From IMG/VR virus record IMGVR_UViG_3300037863_000082: a stretch of 64,000 bases of DNA; one strand, written 5' to 3'. The position numbers and the translations under genes were made by a program. This stretch comes from an uncultured virus (IMG/VR IMGVR_UViG_3300037863_000082). Taxonomy: Duplodnaviria > Heunggongvirae > Uroviricota > Caudoviricetes. Below, one piece after another: positions 33,101-42,705 of this stretch. Position 1 is the stretch's first letter, and each line of letters opens with the position of its first letter. A model generated the notes under the pieces. That model searched no databases, had not been told where the DNA came from, and saw nothing but the letters and a program-made list of their open reading frames with translations.

Positions 33101-36100
33101 ATCGGAAATTGTTGATAAAGGCACATCACCAGTAGTGAGCTGATATCTTAACTCAAGCCCGACTCCATCTTTGCCTATTTCATCACCTATCTGATTAAAT
33201 AGAGTTGTGGCGGTTTTTAGGTCATCTCCTTCAAAAGTAGTAGACAGTCCCTTCTTCATTCCCATATCAAACTGTCCAGCGTTTACATTTCTTTCTGCAA
33301 ACAGCTTATCCATGGTAGCCGACCGTTGCGCAAGAATTTCTTCTTTCTTGGCAATCGCTTCTTCGGCCAAAGCACTTATTTCTGTTTGAGACCACCCTCT
33401 TTCTGTGGCATCCGCAATTCTTTTTTCATACTCTATGCTTACCGTATCTAGTGCCGCTCCATATGATTGGAGTTGGTCCCTAGACTGTATTACGATCTGA
33501 GTCATTCTTTCAATATTTTGCTCGGCAACGCCTAAACCAGTTATGCCCAGCCACCAAGCGCTCCAGGCATCCCCCTGCGTAAAGAATGATTCCAAGAAGC
33601 CGTGGGCTTCTATTACGTCGGTAAGTCTTGCGTCATAATATTCCAAGCCTTCTGCATAATTCATTGGCCCTTCACTAAGAAGCTGATCTATGTTTCCTTG
33701 GCCTTCTGCTAAAATTTTAGCTTGAAGAATTATTGGATCCACAAGCAGATCTTTTCCGCTTGGATCTATCAAAGAAAGAAGCTGGCTATTAACTCCAATT
33801 GCAAAAGACCTATCTCCAAGCTGAGTTCCAATTTCGGAAGCTATGCTCATTGCTGAGCTTGTATCTAGTGCACCTTGGGCAACAGCCTGGCCAAGTTGCA
33901 ATGCCACCTTTGACATTGTTTGGTCTGTTCCTAAAGTTGAAATACCTTGTTTTACTGATTCAGCAAAGGCCGTGCCTTCGTCACCCTGAAAGAATGCCTG
34001 ACCGGTTGTCTTTTTTCCTGGCTGTACCTGGAAGGGGTCGATTCCACCTTCTCTTCTTCTATCCATAACTTCTTTAGAAGTAACTTTTCCGGAAAACTCT
34101 GCAAATTTTTGAACAGCCTTTGTTCCGGTGCCTAGGGCTGTTTCCAGCTCTGCAGTCTTTTTGGAAACATTGCCAAAATGTGTTATAAGTTTATACGTGG
34201 CATATCCAACTGCCGCAAGAGCAATGGCTGCGGCCTGAGCTTGTGGCGGTAGCTTGCTCAGCATTGGCATTATTCCACCAAGAGCCATTAAAGGTGCGGC
34301 CACTGCCCCGGCGGCTTCTCCCACTGGTCCACCGGCCATTTGCGTCATCATTGCTGCAGAACCCAGGGCAAAAACACCACCAGCAAGATTTCCGCCCCGG
34401 CGTTTGCCTCCTGGTGCGACGTTTGCATTAGCCCCACCATTTGCCTGCTGGGCATTCTGCAAACTGTCTCCGGCGACTTCCAGCTTTTGGCCACCCTGCT
34501 CTACAGCTTGCCCTGCGGCTTTAAGTTCTTGATTGGTGGCGGACTCTTCCACCATTTGTTGTCTTTTTTGATTAAACAAAAGTTTTTCTTGTTTTCTTTG
34601 TGCCTCCATTTGTCCAGCCCAAGTACTCTTGTCTTCGTTTGGATCGTAGAACACTTGGCCCTTGCTGTCGGTGGCGGCTACTCCACTTTGTTTTGCTAAA
34701 AATTTACCTACAGCTTTTCCTGGAGAGCTGTCGCCAATTGCATCTAAAATTCTTTGTTTTCTTGACGATTGGGCTGGTGTACTTACTTGAGGAGCAGTTG
34801 GTGGAGCAAGCGGACTGCCTGGTGGTGGTGGAAGTTTTGGCGCTCCGCCAGAAGTATAAGGATCCCTAAGCACCTTGTCTCTTGCTTCACTGTATGCTCT
34901 TGCATCATCGGCACCGTCTATTGCTGCATTTGGATGTGGGCTATTTCTGCTATTTTTGGTAGAGCTAATATGTGGATCATCTAAAGCTGCTGCCATTGTC
35001 TCATTACGAAGTTCGGCATCATCTAGTGCATCTGCAACAACCTTTTGTGACACATTTTTCTGTCTTGTATAACCGCCAGGCATACTGACATTGCTTCCAT
35101 AAGCCCTACTGACTTCTCCGGTTCTTCCCACTCTACTAACAACTTTTGGACTACCCTGATCATCAACTTCTCCGGTTCTAAATCCAAGCTCTGCGCCTGT
35201 GCCGGTTCTGACAAGCCCTGGCCTGCCGGCCTCGGCCTCGGCCATATATTTTTGAACCAAATCTTTTCCGGGGTTAGACCTGGCCTCGCCTAAGCTGATG
35301 GCTCTTTCTCGCATTACCCTGGCAAGGTCTCCGGTGGCCCCCTCCAGCTCTTCATTTTTAGCAATTATATTTTCAGTAGCTTCGGAAAGTATTCTGTCTG
35401 TTATCAAGACCTCTTCTCCGGCTGCCGTTCTTTCTTTGGCAATCCTTAAGGTTTCTTTGAGAATATCAGCGTCCATAGCTCTAGTGGCCTGGACATTCTT
35501 CGGATCAGCCATATTAAGGCCACCCTGTTTAACCGTTGCATCTAGCTTGTCTGGTCTACTTTCCCAAGTTTTTTCAAACAGGCTTGAGTTTACTCCTCCG
35601 GTGACTTTACCATCGGGACCGACTTTTTCTATAAGTCCTTGATTTATTATGGCTGGAAGCTCTGCCACTAGATTGCTTACAGCCGATGTGTTTCTCTGCA
35701 GGTCGGCTGGCAACTTGTCAAAGCCGACACTACCCAGGGCCGCTGTTCTTTTATCCCCCTCGAATGGCATTGTAAGATGACTTTTTTGTGTATTGGTCGC
35801 AGATAGACCAGGAACGTCCCAATCTCCCTGTGATACGGCTGTTTCTGCTGCATCACGTTTAATTTTACTAAAATCATCTGCAATAACTCCCGATTGATCT
35901 GCTGACTTTTTCAGAGTTTCTAAAAGAATTTTTCCATATTCCCCCATATCCCGGTAAAGTCCAGCAACACGGTCTGCCTGTGCTTGTGACGAAAAGCTAA
36001 AATTATCTCCTCCGATACTAGTCTGCACAGCGGCAGCGGCGCCGGGTGTTCCCTCTACAAAGCCTGGAATTTTTCCGGCAATAATTCCTTTAATAAATGG

Positions 36101-38269
36101 AGCATACTGTTTTGCTCTGTCTGCTGGGATTACGGCTTCTCCCGGAGAAAGCATTGAGGCGACTACATCTCCTGCACCGGCTGGGCCTGGTACAGAAAGA
36201 ATGCCGTCGGCATATCCTTTTGGTGGCAAGAAGGGGTTGTATCTAGATGTATTTGTTGTGGGAGCAGCGGATCGAGATGATCCTGCGATAGGGGCAGAAG
36301 CAGACGCTGCGGCGGAGGCTAGATATGCGTTCTGTGTCGTAATGGCTCTTCCGTAGGCCTGACTTAGACCGTCTATAGCAAGAGTTTCTGCCGTAAATCT
36401 TTGTGTTAGGTTATTATGAACTTGATCTAATGACGCCGCAACAGTAAGCTGCTCTATTTGTTGCTGAGTTAAATAGCTTACCCCCTCTCCGAGTGTTTTG
36501 CTAGACGCAGAGGCTCCGGAAAAATAGTTGCTCATCATCTGGAAGAACTTGATTAGGTTAGCTATACCGTTAGCGACCAAACCTATTGTCATCAAAAGAA
36601 CTGGGGCTATAGCTCCACCAACAGCAGCAAGGCCAACAAGGAAGTTTTTAGTTCCTTCACCCATTTCGTCAAACTTTTTAATGAAGTTTGCAACCCACTC
36701 TACAATTGGGGTTATTGCCTTTAAGAACGTTTCACCAATTGGTGCCAGGGAGGTTTTTAGCTTCTCTAGACTTTTACTGAACTTAGTTGCGGAAGAATCC
36801 TCTACCTTGCCAAGTTCTCTCTCGGCAAGAATCGCAAGCTCTTCCGCACTATTTACGGTTAGCCCAAGAACCTTGTTTGCCTGACTTCCCTCGTCTACAA
36901 TGTTTGCAAAAAGCGTAGACATCCTGGCAAACTGGAATTTTCCAAAAAGCTGCTCAATTGCTCTTGCTTTTGAAAGTGGGTCTAGGTTTTCTAGGGCGTA
37001 TGCTAGAGAGGTGACTGTGCCCCTTAAGTTTCCAGCATTAGCCTCAACGATTCCCAGAACATTGATTCCCATTTCAGAAAGTTTTTGTTTTGCTGCTTCG
37101 GATGGGCTAATGAGCCTTGCCAAGCTTGTCTTCAGTGCGTTTGCTCCTTCGCTAGCGCTAATGCCACCTTCTTTCATGGCAGTTAGGAAGAATGCTAGAT
37201 CCTCCACCTCGCCACCCAGCGATTTGACAACGGAACCAGCTAGTGGAATGGCGGTGTTAAAATCTTCTATGGAAAGTACTGTTTGGTTTTCTGCTGCATT
37301 CAAGAAGTTAATCTTGTTTGTAAGATCTTCTACCTCTACCCCAAAAGCATTGGTAAGAGAGATTGTTGTATCCAGAGCCTCCTCTTGTTCCAGACCACCA
37401 AGAACTGAAAGCCTGGTTGCCTGGATAACCTGTTGTTCTAAGGCTGTTCCGACATTTCCCATCTGAGCAACTTTTGCCGCAAGTCCAATAGTTTTTTCTA
37501 CCGCAATTCCATATTTTGTAAACTCGTCAGCTAGTCTTCTAACATTCTCTAGCGCCTTCTCTGAATCAGCGTCTGTGCTGAACATGTCTCCGTATACTCG
37601 TTTAAACTTAATTACTTCTGCTTCAATTTTTTGGAACTCTTTTATTGCAATAGCACCCATCATTGTTAGCGGAATGGTAAAGCCAACCATAAGTTGCCTA
37701 CCGGCCCACTGAGTGTTCTTACCGAAGTTTAAAAGATTTGTTGATCCCTGTTTAATTAATTGATTAAAAATTTGCTGCTTTTGAGCGGCCATCGCAGTCT
37801 GAGTTCCCAGACTTTGCATGTCTAGAGTAAGAGGCCTAACCTTAATTGCCTGAAGCGCACCGTTTCCATCTCTGCCAAGCTTTACGTACTGTGTTTGTAA
37901 ATCTTTGACTCTTTCACGAGCAACCTTGCTAATTGTGTTAAACTCTGTTTTAAAGAAGCTTCCAAATGTCTTGGTTGCCCCCATAGAGTAGCGAAAGTAC
38001 TGCCCCATGGACAGCTTGTTTTTTTCTAATGCATTAGTAAAAGACTGAGTACTACTAGAAATTGTTGTGAGTTCAGCACTAAAGCCCTTGCTAGCGTTTA
38101 TGCCATTAATAAGCGTTTGCTGCATTTTGGCGGAGGAGGCCTGAGCGGCCGCCCCGCCTTGTGCCATTTCCTGGTGAAAGACCGATATTTGTCGTTGCAA
38201 AGCTTTGATACTTGCCAAAGCGTTGGCGGTATCAATGTTTACATTAATATTCGACTGGATATCAGCCAT
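30152..38269 (-). CDS. Tape measure protein
   Basis: 2705-aa Ala/Gly-rich helical ORF with a TP901-like core (GISASEGANALKTSLARL, IEQLFGK); follows the tail chaperones. Confidence 0.93.
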   Translation of the reverse strand: MADIQSNINVNIDTANALASIKALQRQISVFHQEMAQGGAAAQASSAKMQQTLINGINASKGFSAELTTISSSTQSFTNALEKNKLSMGQYFRYSMGATKTFGSFFKTEFNTISKVARERVKDLQTQYVKLGRDGNGALQAIKVRPLTLDMQSLGTQTAMAAQKQQIFNQLIKQGSTNLLNFGKNTQWAGRQLMVGFTIPLTMMGAIAIKEFQKIEAEVIKFKRVYGDMFSTDADSEKALENVRRLADEFTKYGIAVEKTIGLAAKVAQMGNVGTALEQQVIQATRLSVLGGLEQEEALDTTISLTNAFGVEVEDLTNKINFLNAAENQTVLSIEDFNTAIPLAGSVVKSLGGEVEDLAFFLTAMKEGGISASEGANALKTSLARLISPSEAAKQKLSEMGINVLGIVEANAGNLRGTVTSLAYALENLDPLSKARAIEQLFGKFQFARMSTLFANIVDEGSQANKVLGLTVNSAEELAILAERELGKVEDSSATKFSKSLEKLKTSLAPIGETFLKAITPIVEWVANFIKKFDEMGEGTKNFLVGLAAVGGAIAPVLLMTIGLVANGIANLIKFFQMMSNYFSGASASSKTLGEGVSYLTQQQIEQLTVAASLDQVHNNLTQRFTAETLAIDGLSQAYGRAITTQNAYLASAAASASAPIAGSSRSAAPTTNTSRYNPFLPPKGYADGILSVPGPAGAGDVVASMLSPGEAVIPADRAKQYAPFIKGIIAGKIPGFVEGTPGAAAAVQTSIGGDNFSFSSQAQADRVAGLYRDMGEYGKILLETLKKSADQSGVIADDFSKIKRDAAETAVSQGDWDVPGLSATNTQKSHLTMPFEGDKRTAALGSVGFDKLPADLQRNTSAVSNLVAELPAIINQGLIEKVGPDGKVTGGVNSSLFEKTWESRPDKLDATVKQGGLNMADPKNVQATRAMDADILKETLRIAKERTAAGEEVLITDRILSEATENIIAKNEELEGATGDLARVMRERAISLGEARSNPGKDLVQKYMAEAEAGRPGLVRTGTGAELGFRTGEVDDQGSPKVVSRVGRTGEVSRAYGSNVSMPGGYTRQKNVSQKVVADALDDAELRNETMAAALDDPHISSTKNSRNSPHPNAAIDGADDARAYSEARDKVLRDPYTSGGAPKLPPPPGSPLAPPTAPQVSTPAQSSRKQRILDAIGDSSPGKAVGKFLAKQSGVAATDSKGQVFYDPNEDKSTWAGQMEAQRKQEKLLFNQKRQQMVEESATNQELKAAGQAVEQGGQKLEVAGDSLQNAQQANGGANANVAPGGKRRGGNLAGGVFALGSAAMMTQMAGGPVGEAAGAVAAPLMALGGIMPMLSKLPPQAQAAAIALAAVGYATYKLITHFGNVSKKTAELETALGTGTKAVQKFAEFSGKVTSKEVMDRRREGGIDPFQVQPGKKTTGQAFFQGDEGTAFAESVKQGISTLGTDQTMSKVALQLGQAVAQGALDTSSAMSIASEIGTQLGDRSFAIGVNSQLLSLIDPSGKDLLVDPIILQAKILAEGQGNIDQLLSEGPMNYAEGLEYYDARLTDVIEAHGFLESFFTQGDAWSAWWLGITGLGVAEQNIERMTQIVIQSRDQLQSYGAALDTVSIEYEKRIADATERGWSQTEISALAEEAIAKKEEILAQRSATMDKLFAERNVNAGQFDMGMKKGLSTTFEGDDLKTATTLFNQIGDEIGKDGVGLELRYQLTTGDVPLSTISDIVSEYKEFPEISEKRIGIITDFGEGFSKEVENVLTLIDDPALQGQYLSLFDPNNLADSTAALEGVTAATRVATNLVGGDPSVILDVYINDENARNELNASIDQLEADAASGVTMDLNYVQRTFGDEALAIAKLIWDDIDDDEQKDALYSIITQLGVQTTPGYDALVDQYGGTQVGGQTVTDANSLAAGTTMQFLNTQRAAAGSIIDEGEDNGGGGKASSMLDGLTKKLRDLRLATIKVAEGFDAAAKTLEDLFAGGRKSINVFDGLEQQMRRLGAGEGLIEMIAGMDPDEYEKRKNELFSFDAGGNITGFTDRLKSVGAALNSISLGEYVNDQRKFIENTQNQFTAMNKLTASGMSYTEAFKAVQDTAFASAIAMAATAEELREIVRITQQVTEMQERYNRESEKEQTINAIKDKNKEFDKRVQTLNKLAKAQGQYTDAQIEAILGDSNLQALFLNPSISSADLQRALANAEAQADLELKIKKLTIGGQQSVWSDAMGNAQKAFDSQEQKLQMQFDLKMEDDNKIVEDAQNEIAKIQYELDNYQAQLRDIGAQEDVINERYEKRFEALDKVGEANERIARAQKSQLSIADALSQGDIAAAARAAQEARSTQTQDAADTQRSVLEAAQKAEISGVKSSDGLNRDQVNEKVKSLEDQIFQIEEQRLEPAQERVRLGQIELKSQIEALTVLDKTKDQWDATANAIDLATASNYKFVDSMKEGLGIVDELISKLAEGPPPPPAPKRQASSRGGGGGGSSAPPAAPPAAPPAAPTPGGTTSKDPDPRLAVVGWTGGGSSKEFVPAPKMLPPSVPTAADRVRMANTTTGLGQVANAMKDTVAKVVTHVAKWNPITAVKNTVSTIKNFFTKKAGGGMIIPSRMSVGGSVAKYAMGGKVQGLAAGGFSMGSDIVPAMLTPGEFVVRRPAVSKIGTDKLEQINRGQYSDGSVYNYNLAVNVRSNANPDAIARTVINEIKRVDNYRVRGNRF
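30795..30837 (+). repeat. 12-bp tandem repeat (GGTGCTGCTGGT x~3.6) encoding APPAAPPAAPPAAP in the TMP
   Basis: Read directly from the sequence. Confidence 0.9.
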
Positions 38270-38280
38270 TCACTAGGCTC

Positions 38281-38595
38281 CTATACGTTTAGAATGGATG
38301 TATCAGAAAGCTTAATACCGGAAGCCTCTTCTACGATTCTATAAACTGTTGGTAGGTCTAGATTCTCTTCAAGAGCTGCTAGATCACCAGCAATGTCTGG
38401 CTTATACTGTTGCATTGCAATCTGAACGCATTCCATAAGCAGGTTCATTGACTTGTCATTATCTGCTGCTATCTCTGCAATGCCCTCAAACTTCTTCATA
38501 AAAGAACGAAGCAGAGAGATCTTCAATGGACGTAGCGTAAGCTTCGTGCCATCAATAAGGCTAATTTCTTTTTCTTCATTAACTGTTGTTGCCAT
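38281..38595 (-). CDS. Tail assembly chaperone, short (G-like) form
   Basis: Directly before the TMP; strong SD AAGGAGG; paralogous to the N-half of 38664..39356. Confidence 0.75.
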   Translation of the reverse strand: MATTVNEEKEISLIDGTKLTLRPLKISLLRSFMKKFEGIAEIAADNDKSMNLLMECVQIAMQQYKPDIAGDLAALEENLDLPTVYRIVEEASGIKLSDTSILNV

Positions 38596-38663
38596 TTGTT
38601 GTTTCCTCCTTGTAGTGGCTTATTGCTATTTTGTCAGGTTATATAATTATAACACAGAGAGCC

Positions 38664-39356
38664 TTATTTTTTACGCATGTCTTCGTACCCAAGACCTAGG
38701 CCTATGCCAAATCCAGCTTGCTGAGCGTTCACTCCTTGAAGTGCAACAATATCATTCGGGTTGTCTGTAATGCCCTTGCTAAAAACCTTTGCCTTCATTT
38801 TTTCCCATTCGTTTTGTTTTCCAGATTGTTTATCTAAGTCAACGCCCTGCATTGCTGCCAAAAACTTCTTTTCGTTATACTCAAGATCTCTTTTAGAATT
38901 CAAGGTCGCCAGAAGTTCTGGCATAGAAAGAGAAAGCTCTAGCTCTTCATAATCTTTCCAGATACCAATCAAAAACGTTTCTGCTTCTAGTTCTGCCAAG
39001 TCTAGGTTGTCCCAAGACGATCCGCTTTCTTCGGCTTGTTTCTTGACCTCCCCCTCTTCGTTTTTTTCTTTATCTATCTTTATACCAGCCGTAAGGTCTA
39101 GTATTTCATATAACGTAGAGACGTCCATATTATCTTCAAGAACGCTAGGATCCGAAAACTCTTTTTTAAACTCTTTCATAGATATAGATGCACATTTAGT
39201 CAAAACCACAAAAGCTTCGTCATCGCTTGTAGCCATTTTTAGTTTTTGAAATTCATCCATAAACTCTCTGAGGTATTTTATCTTGATTGGCTTTAGCTCT
39301 AAAACAGTACCGTCGAAAAACTCAACCAAACCAGTATCATAAATTTTTGTTGCCAT
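38664..39356 (-). CDS. Tail assembly chaperone, long (GT-like) form
   Basis: Follows the major tail gene; G-like N-half plus C-terminal extension (WKDYEELELSLSMPEL); leaderless start. Confidence 0.75.
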   Translation of the reverse strand: MATKIYDTGLVEFFDGTVLELKPIKIKYLREFMDEFQKLKMATSDDEAFVVLTKCASISMKEFKKEFSDPSVLEDNMDVSTLYEILDLTAGIKIDKEKNEEGEVKKQAEESGSSWDNLDLAELEAETFLIGIWKDYEELELSLSMPELLATLNSKRDLEYNEKKFLAAMQGVDLDKQSGKQNEWEKMKAKVFSKGITDNPNDIVALQGVNAQQAGFGIGLGLGYEDMRKK

Positions 39357-39370
39357 TAACTAATTGTAGC

Positions 39371-39400
39371 AAAAGAAATGCCCAGGCGTTAGCCTGGGCA
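39371..39400 (-). terminator. Intrinsic terminator after the major tail gene
   Basis: TGCCCAGGC-TAAC-GCCTGGGCA followed by TTTCTTTT. Confidence 0.85.
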
Positions 39401-39420
39401 AATCCTTTTAGCTTTAGTAA

Positions 39421-40047
39421 CTAGCTACCAGCAGGAACTGTACGGTCTACGATCTTACCATATGACGCGGCGTCATTTGGAAGTAGACGGAACGAAACCT
39501 CAAACATTGTGGGTTCGTCACGCTTTGCAGATACTGTAACGTTCTCAATTGAGAGCGCACGGTATGCAACGTAAATACGTTCTAGGTCCTGACCAATAGC
39601 ACAGTCACCGGTACCTGGCCCAACAGCAATCAAACCACGCTCAACGGGACATTCTCCAATGTCACCAGCTGAGAGGTTTAGAGTTGGGTTTCCACCTACG
39701 GTGGCAAGGTCTGTGTCCTTACCAGCGAGAGAGAACAAAAGGTTCTCTAGTGTGGACTCTGCAAAAGCTGTATTCAGGTTAACCTGCATACCTTGCTTGT
39801 ACAGTTTGGCGACGTCGAGCAACTGGTCAACCTGAACCTCACCAAAATCGGGCTGGAATTCAATATCCAAACCGTTCATGGTGTATCCGACATTACGGAA
39901 GTCTGCATCGTTAGACAGGGTAGTCTTGAACGATAAGTCTTCCTCAAATGCTGGAAGGTCGGCTTCGGTTAGAAGTCCGCTCTCGTATGTAAACAGCGCT
40001 GCAGCACCAACAATAATGTTAGCACTGGAACCACGTGAATATGCCAT
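39421..40047 (-). CDS. Major tail tube protein
   Basis: NIIVGAAALF, VGYTMNGLDIEF, VQVDQLLD; own promoter, SD GAGGTG and terminator. Confidence 0.85.
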   Translation of the reverse strand: MAYSRGSSANIIVGAAALFTYESGLLTEADLPAFEEDLSFKTTLSNDADFRNVGYTMNGLDIEFQPDFGEVQVDQLLDVAKLYKQGMQVNLNTAFAESTLENLLFSLAGKDTDLATVGGNPTLNLSAGDIGECPVERGLIAVGPGTGDCAIGQDLERIYVAYRALSIENVTVSAKRDEPTMFEVSFRLLPNDAASYGKIVDRTVPAGS

Positions 40048-40100
40048 AGTTGTTCACCTCTTCTTTCATAAGAAATAACAGGCGCGTTTCCTCAATACTA

Positions 40101-40109
40101 ATTATACAG
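40101..40109 (-). promoter_or_regulatory. -10 promoter element for the major tail gene
   Basis: CTGTATAAT in the intergenic gap, about 55 nt before the ATG. Confidence 0.55.
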
Positions 40110-40124
40110 GCTTTTTATAAAAAA

Positions 40125-40700
40125 TTAGAATAATGGATCTGATTCATGCCAACAGTAATCTATGATTAACTTGTTACCGGCATAAGTTCTAGCTGTTCCA
40201 AAATCAACAATATCTCTTGCCTCCTCTAGCTGGAATATCTTGAACTCATGGAAATATGGCAAAAGGAAGTCTGTTCCGCCAAATGAAACTTTGTTGTATG
40301 TTTTAGTTTCTCCAGTTACGATGTTTGTTCCTGTGCTAGTTTGACTGCCTTGCGCTTTGTGCTGAGCAAGAGTCCAGGCATTTAATTCCTGCGCCGACTC
40401 ATCTCCTCTATCTAAGAGGTCAGATACGTACTGAACCGTTTCAATTAGCTTTGCCGGTCCCTCTGTAGTTTTATAAAAGTAATACAAAAGTTGTTCATAT
40501 TTTAAGTGAGGAAATGGGGTTCTTCTTAGCTTAAACATTCTGTCGTAAACGCCAAATAATCCGTCTGGGTATGACTGCGTCAACTCATCTAGATTGGATG
40601 GCGTTGTGGGGAAAAAGGGAATAGAGTTGTTCATGGAATCATCTGGCAGCTTATCTTGTAGATAGCAATTAATGAAAACCGGTGGGTAGTGTATTGCCAT
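40125..40700 (-). CDS. Probable tail completion/terminator protein
   Basis: Position just before the major tail gene; start chosen at MAIHYPP. Confidence 0.55.
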   Translation of the reverse strand: MAIHYPPVFINCYLQDKLPDDSMNNSIPFFPTTPSNLDELTQSYPDGLFGVYDRMFKLRRTPFPHLKYEQLLYYFYKTTEGPAKLIETVQYVSDLLDRGDESAQELNAWTLAQHKAQGSQTSTGTNIVTGETKTYNKVSFGGTDFLLPYFHEFKIFQLEEARDIVDFGTARTYAGNKLIIDYCWHESDPLF

Positions 40701-41380
40701 TATATATTCACGCTCCCTGAAGAAATCCATCTATATCCAACCCTATAACCAGCTCTTTTCCCACCAGTCTTTGCTGAAGAGATATTTTGATTATAGGACG
40801 ATGGAGTTGATAAATGCTTTGCCAATCCACTAGAATAAAGAAAAGATTGAGAAAAATAACTTTGAAAAAATAAATCAAAAACTTTTCTAAAACTTCCCTG
40901 GACCTCTGCGCCGCCTGGATTTTGCACCGAGACCGGCTTTTTTGTGTAAACGGTTTCGCCATTGTCTTCGAACACAAGAACACCTCCTGGCCTTGGCCTA
41001 ATAACCATACCTATACCAGACTCCATAACATTTGCTTTATTGTAAAATGGAGTAGACGACCCTTTACTAACCGTTAAAGATTGTGTAAAAGTGGAGTTTA
41101 AAGAAAGTCCGTTTTTACTTGAAACAGTATATTCAATATCAAAAAGTCTTGCCTGTGGGCTTCCTGTTTGATACCACTCATAAACGTGGTGCATGGTGTT
41201 TGGAGAAACCCTGGCATTTGCGTCAATGAATTCTGCCAAGATTTCTTTCACCCCTTTTCCAATTTCTTCCAACAATTTGTTTTTGCCTGCCTTTGCGCCC
41301 TCTAGAAATCCTACAGAATATTCCATAAGACCTTCCATTTCCTTGGCAAACATTGCTGAATCAAACTTAACGCCAATCAT
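40700..41380 (-). CDS. Neck/tail completion protein
   Basis: Position; HHVYEW, IRPRPGGVLVF. Confidence 0.55.
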   Translation of the reverse strand: MIGVKFDSAMFAKEMEGLMEYSVGFLEGAKAGKNKLLEEIGKGVKEILAEFIDANARVSPNTMHHVYEWYQTGSPQARLFDIEYTVSSKNGLSLNSTFTQSLTVSKGSSTPFYNKANVMESGIGMVIRPRPGGVLVFEDNGETVYTKKPVSVQNPGGAEVQGSFRKVFDLFFQSYFSQSFLYSSGLAKHLSTPSSYNQNISSAKTGGKRAGYRVGYRWISSGSVNI

Positions 41381-41826
41381 ACGGTAATCCCCTGGTTTTC
41401 TGATCTTCTTAAGACAACGGTAAAATATTCAATTCTGCCAAATGGGTTGGTGAATGGTTGATGGGTGGCAACCTCAAATAGCGTTGGCTGACCAGTCCTC
41501 GGTCCACTAGTCTCTTTATATATGACCAGGTTATTAGAATCTCTAATGTTTGTTATCAATATATTCATTAATGATGAAGATGAGTAATTTGATTTAAACC
41601 TAATGTCTTCTTTAAATCTTCCCAACAGTAAGGCATCTAGCGTAAGGTCTACATTAGGCACCATTTCTTCTTTTAATGCGGTACCAGCTGGCGTCAGACT
41701 TGATATAATGGATCTATCTTTTGTCCAAACCTTTTGAACGTCACCGTAGGCTCCTTGTCCAACGCTTGCGTAATGAACATCGGCATACATAGGAAACTGG
41801 TAGTTTGTCGTATTGCAATCGGCCAT
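41377..41826 (-). CDS. Probable head closure (stopper) protein
   Basis: Position; QGAYGDVQKVW. Confidence 0.55.
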   Translation of the reverse strand: MADCNTTNYQFPMYADVHYASVGQGAYGDVQKVWTKDRSIISSLTPAGTALKEEMVPNVDLTLDALLLGRFKEDIRFKSNYSSSSLMNILITNIRDSNNLVIYKETSGPRTGQPTLFEVATHQPFTNPFGRIEYFTVVLRRSENQGITV

Positions 41827-42704
41827 TACAACACCCCAACGAGTCTAATAGACTTTGCATACTTAGAAAGTATCTTGTCTACAAAAATGTTTCCTGTCCC
41901 CTCAAACATTCTTCCATCAAAGCCAATCTTAAACTGATCAGTATTGTAAGTTTTAATATAGCGCTGATAATATTCTAGCTTGCCGCATTCAATATCATCT
42001 ACAAGAAGCTCAGTTGCCTTTACAATAGCAGATGGAATTTTAGGATAGCCTGCGGCTAAAAGAATTTTATAGTCAAACGTTCTGGGGAATCCTCGGTATA
42101 CATACTTAACATCCAATAAATCGGATCCACCTATTGGAAAAATGTTTGGAGCACCTTCTAGTCTATTGAGTCTTTCTTGAGTGTTTTCTACGATTGCTGT
42201 TTTGTCGTCTGTAATTCCATAGCTAACTGCATAGTCGTCTGAATTTTCTGAATCATACATCAAAACATTATTTTCATACAGCTTAAGAACTTTCTTGCCC
42301 TCTACCCAGAGAGGTAGGTAGTCTGCCCCAAGTCCAACTGTTTCTAAAACTTTTTTCTTATAATAAAATCCTTCTGGTATTACAGAGTCAATGATTGCCC
42401 TGGCCAAGGATTCGTTTGACGCATAAGCATTTATTTCTAAAGTATTTGCGCCTTTTGTGGTTGGGTCAACATAAGGCCGCACAACGTCAAAATAGTTGTC
42501 TTCACCATCAACCGTAATCTTGTAAGATCCATCATACTTGCTTGGAAGCGGTATGGTCACATTGGAAGAAGAGTCGGAGGCAGTAGTTGCAGATGTTGCT
42601 GAGTTATCCGCCAAATCAGTAATCGTATAAGTATACGAAGTTAATGGTGCAGATACTTCTACATCTGCCTCTATTTGATTTGACGGAATCCTCAGAATAT
42701 CCAT
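41826..42704 (-). CDS. Head-tail adaptor
   Basis: AGYPKIPSAIVKAT, TGNIFVDKILSKY. Confidence 0.65.
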   Translation of the reverse strand: MDILRIPSNQIEADVEVSAPLTSYTYTITDLADNSATSATTASDSSSNVTIPLPSKYDGSYKITVDGEDNYFDVVRPYVDPTTKGANTLEINAYASNESLARAIIDSVIPEGFYYKKKVLETVGLGADYLPLWVEGKKVLKLYENNVLMYDSENSDDYAVSYGITDDKTAIVENTQERLNRLEGAPNIFPIGGSDLLDVKYVYRGFPRTFDYKILLAAGYPKIPSAIVKATELLVDDIECGKLEYYQRYIKTYNTDQFKIGFDGRMFEGTGNIFVDKILSKYAKSIRLVGVL

Positions 42705-42705
42705 A

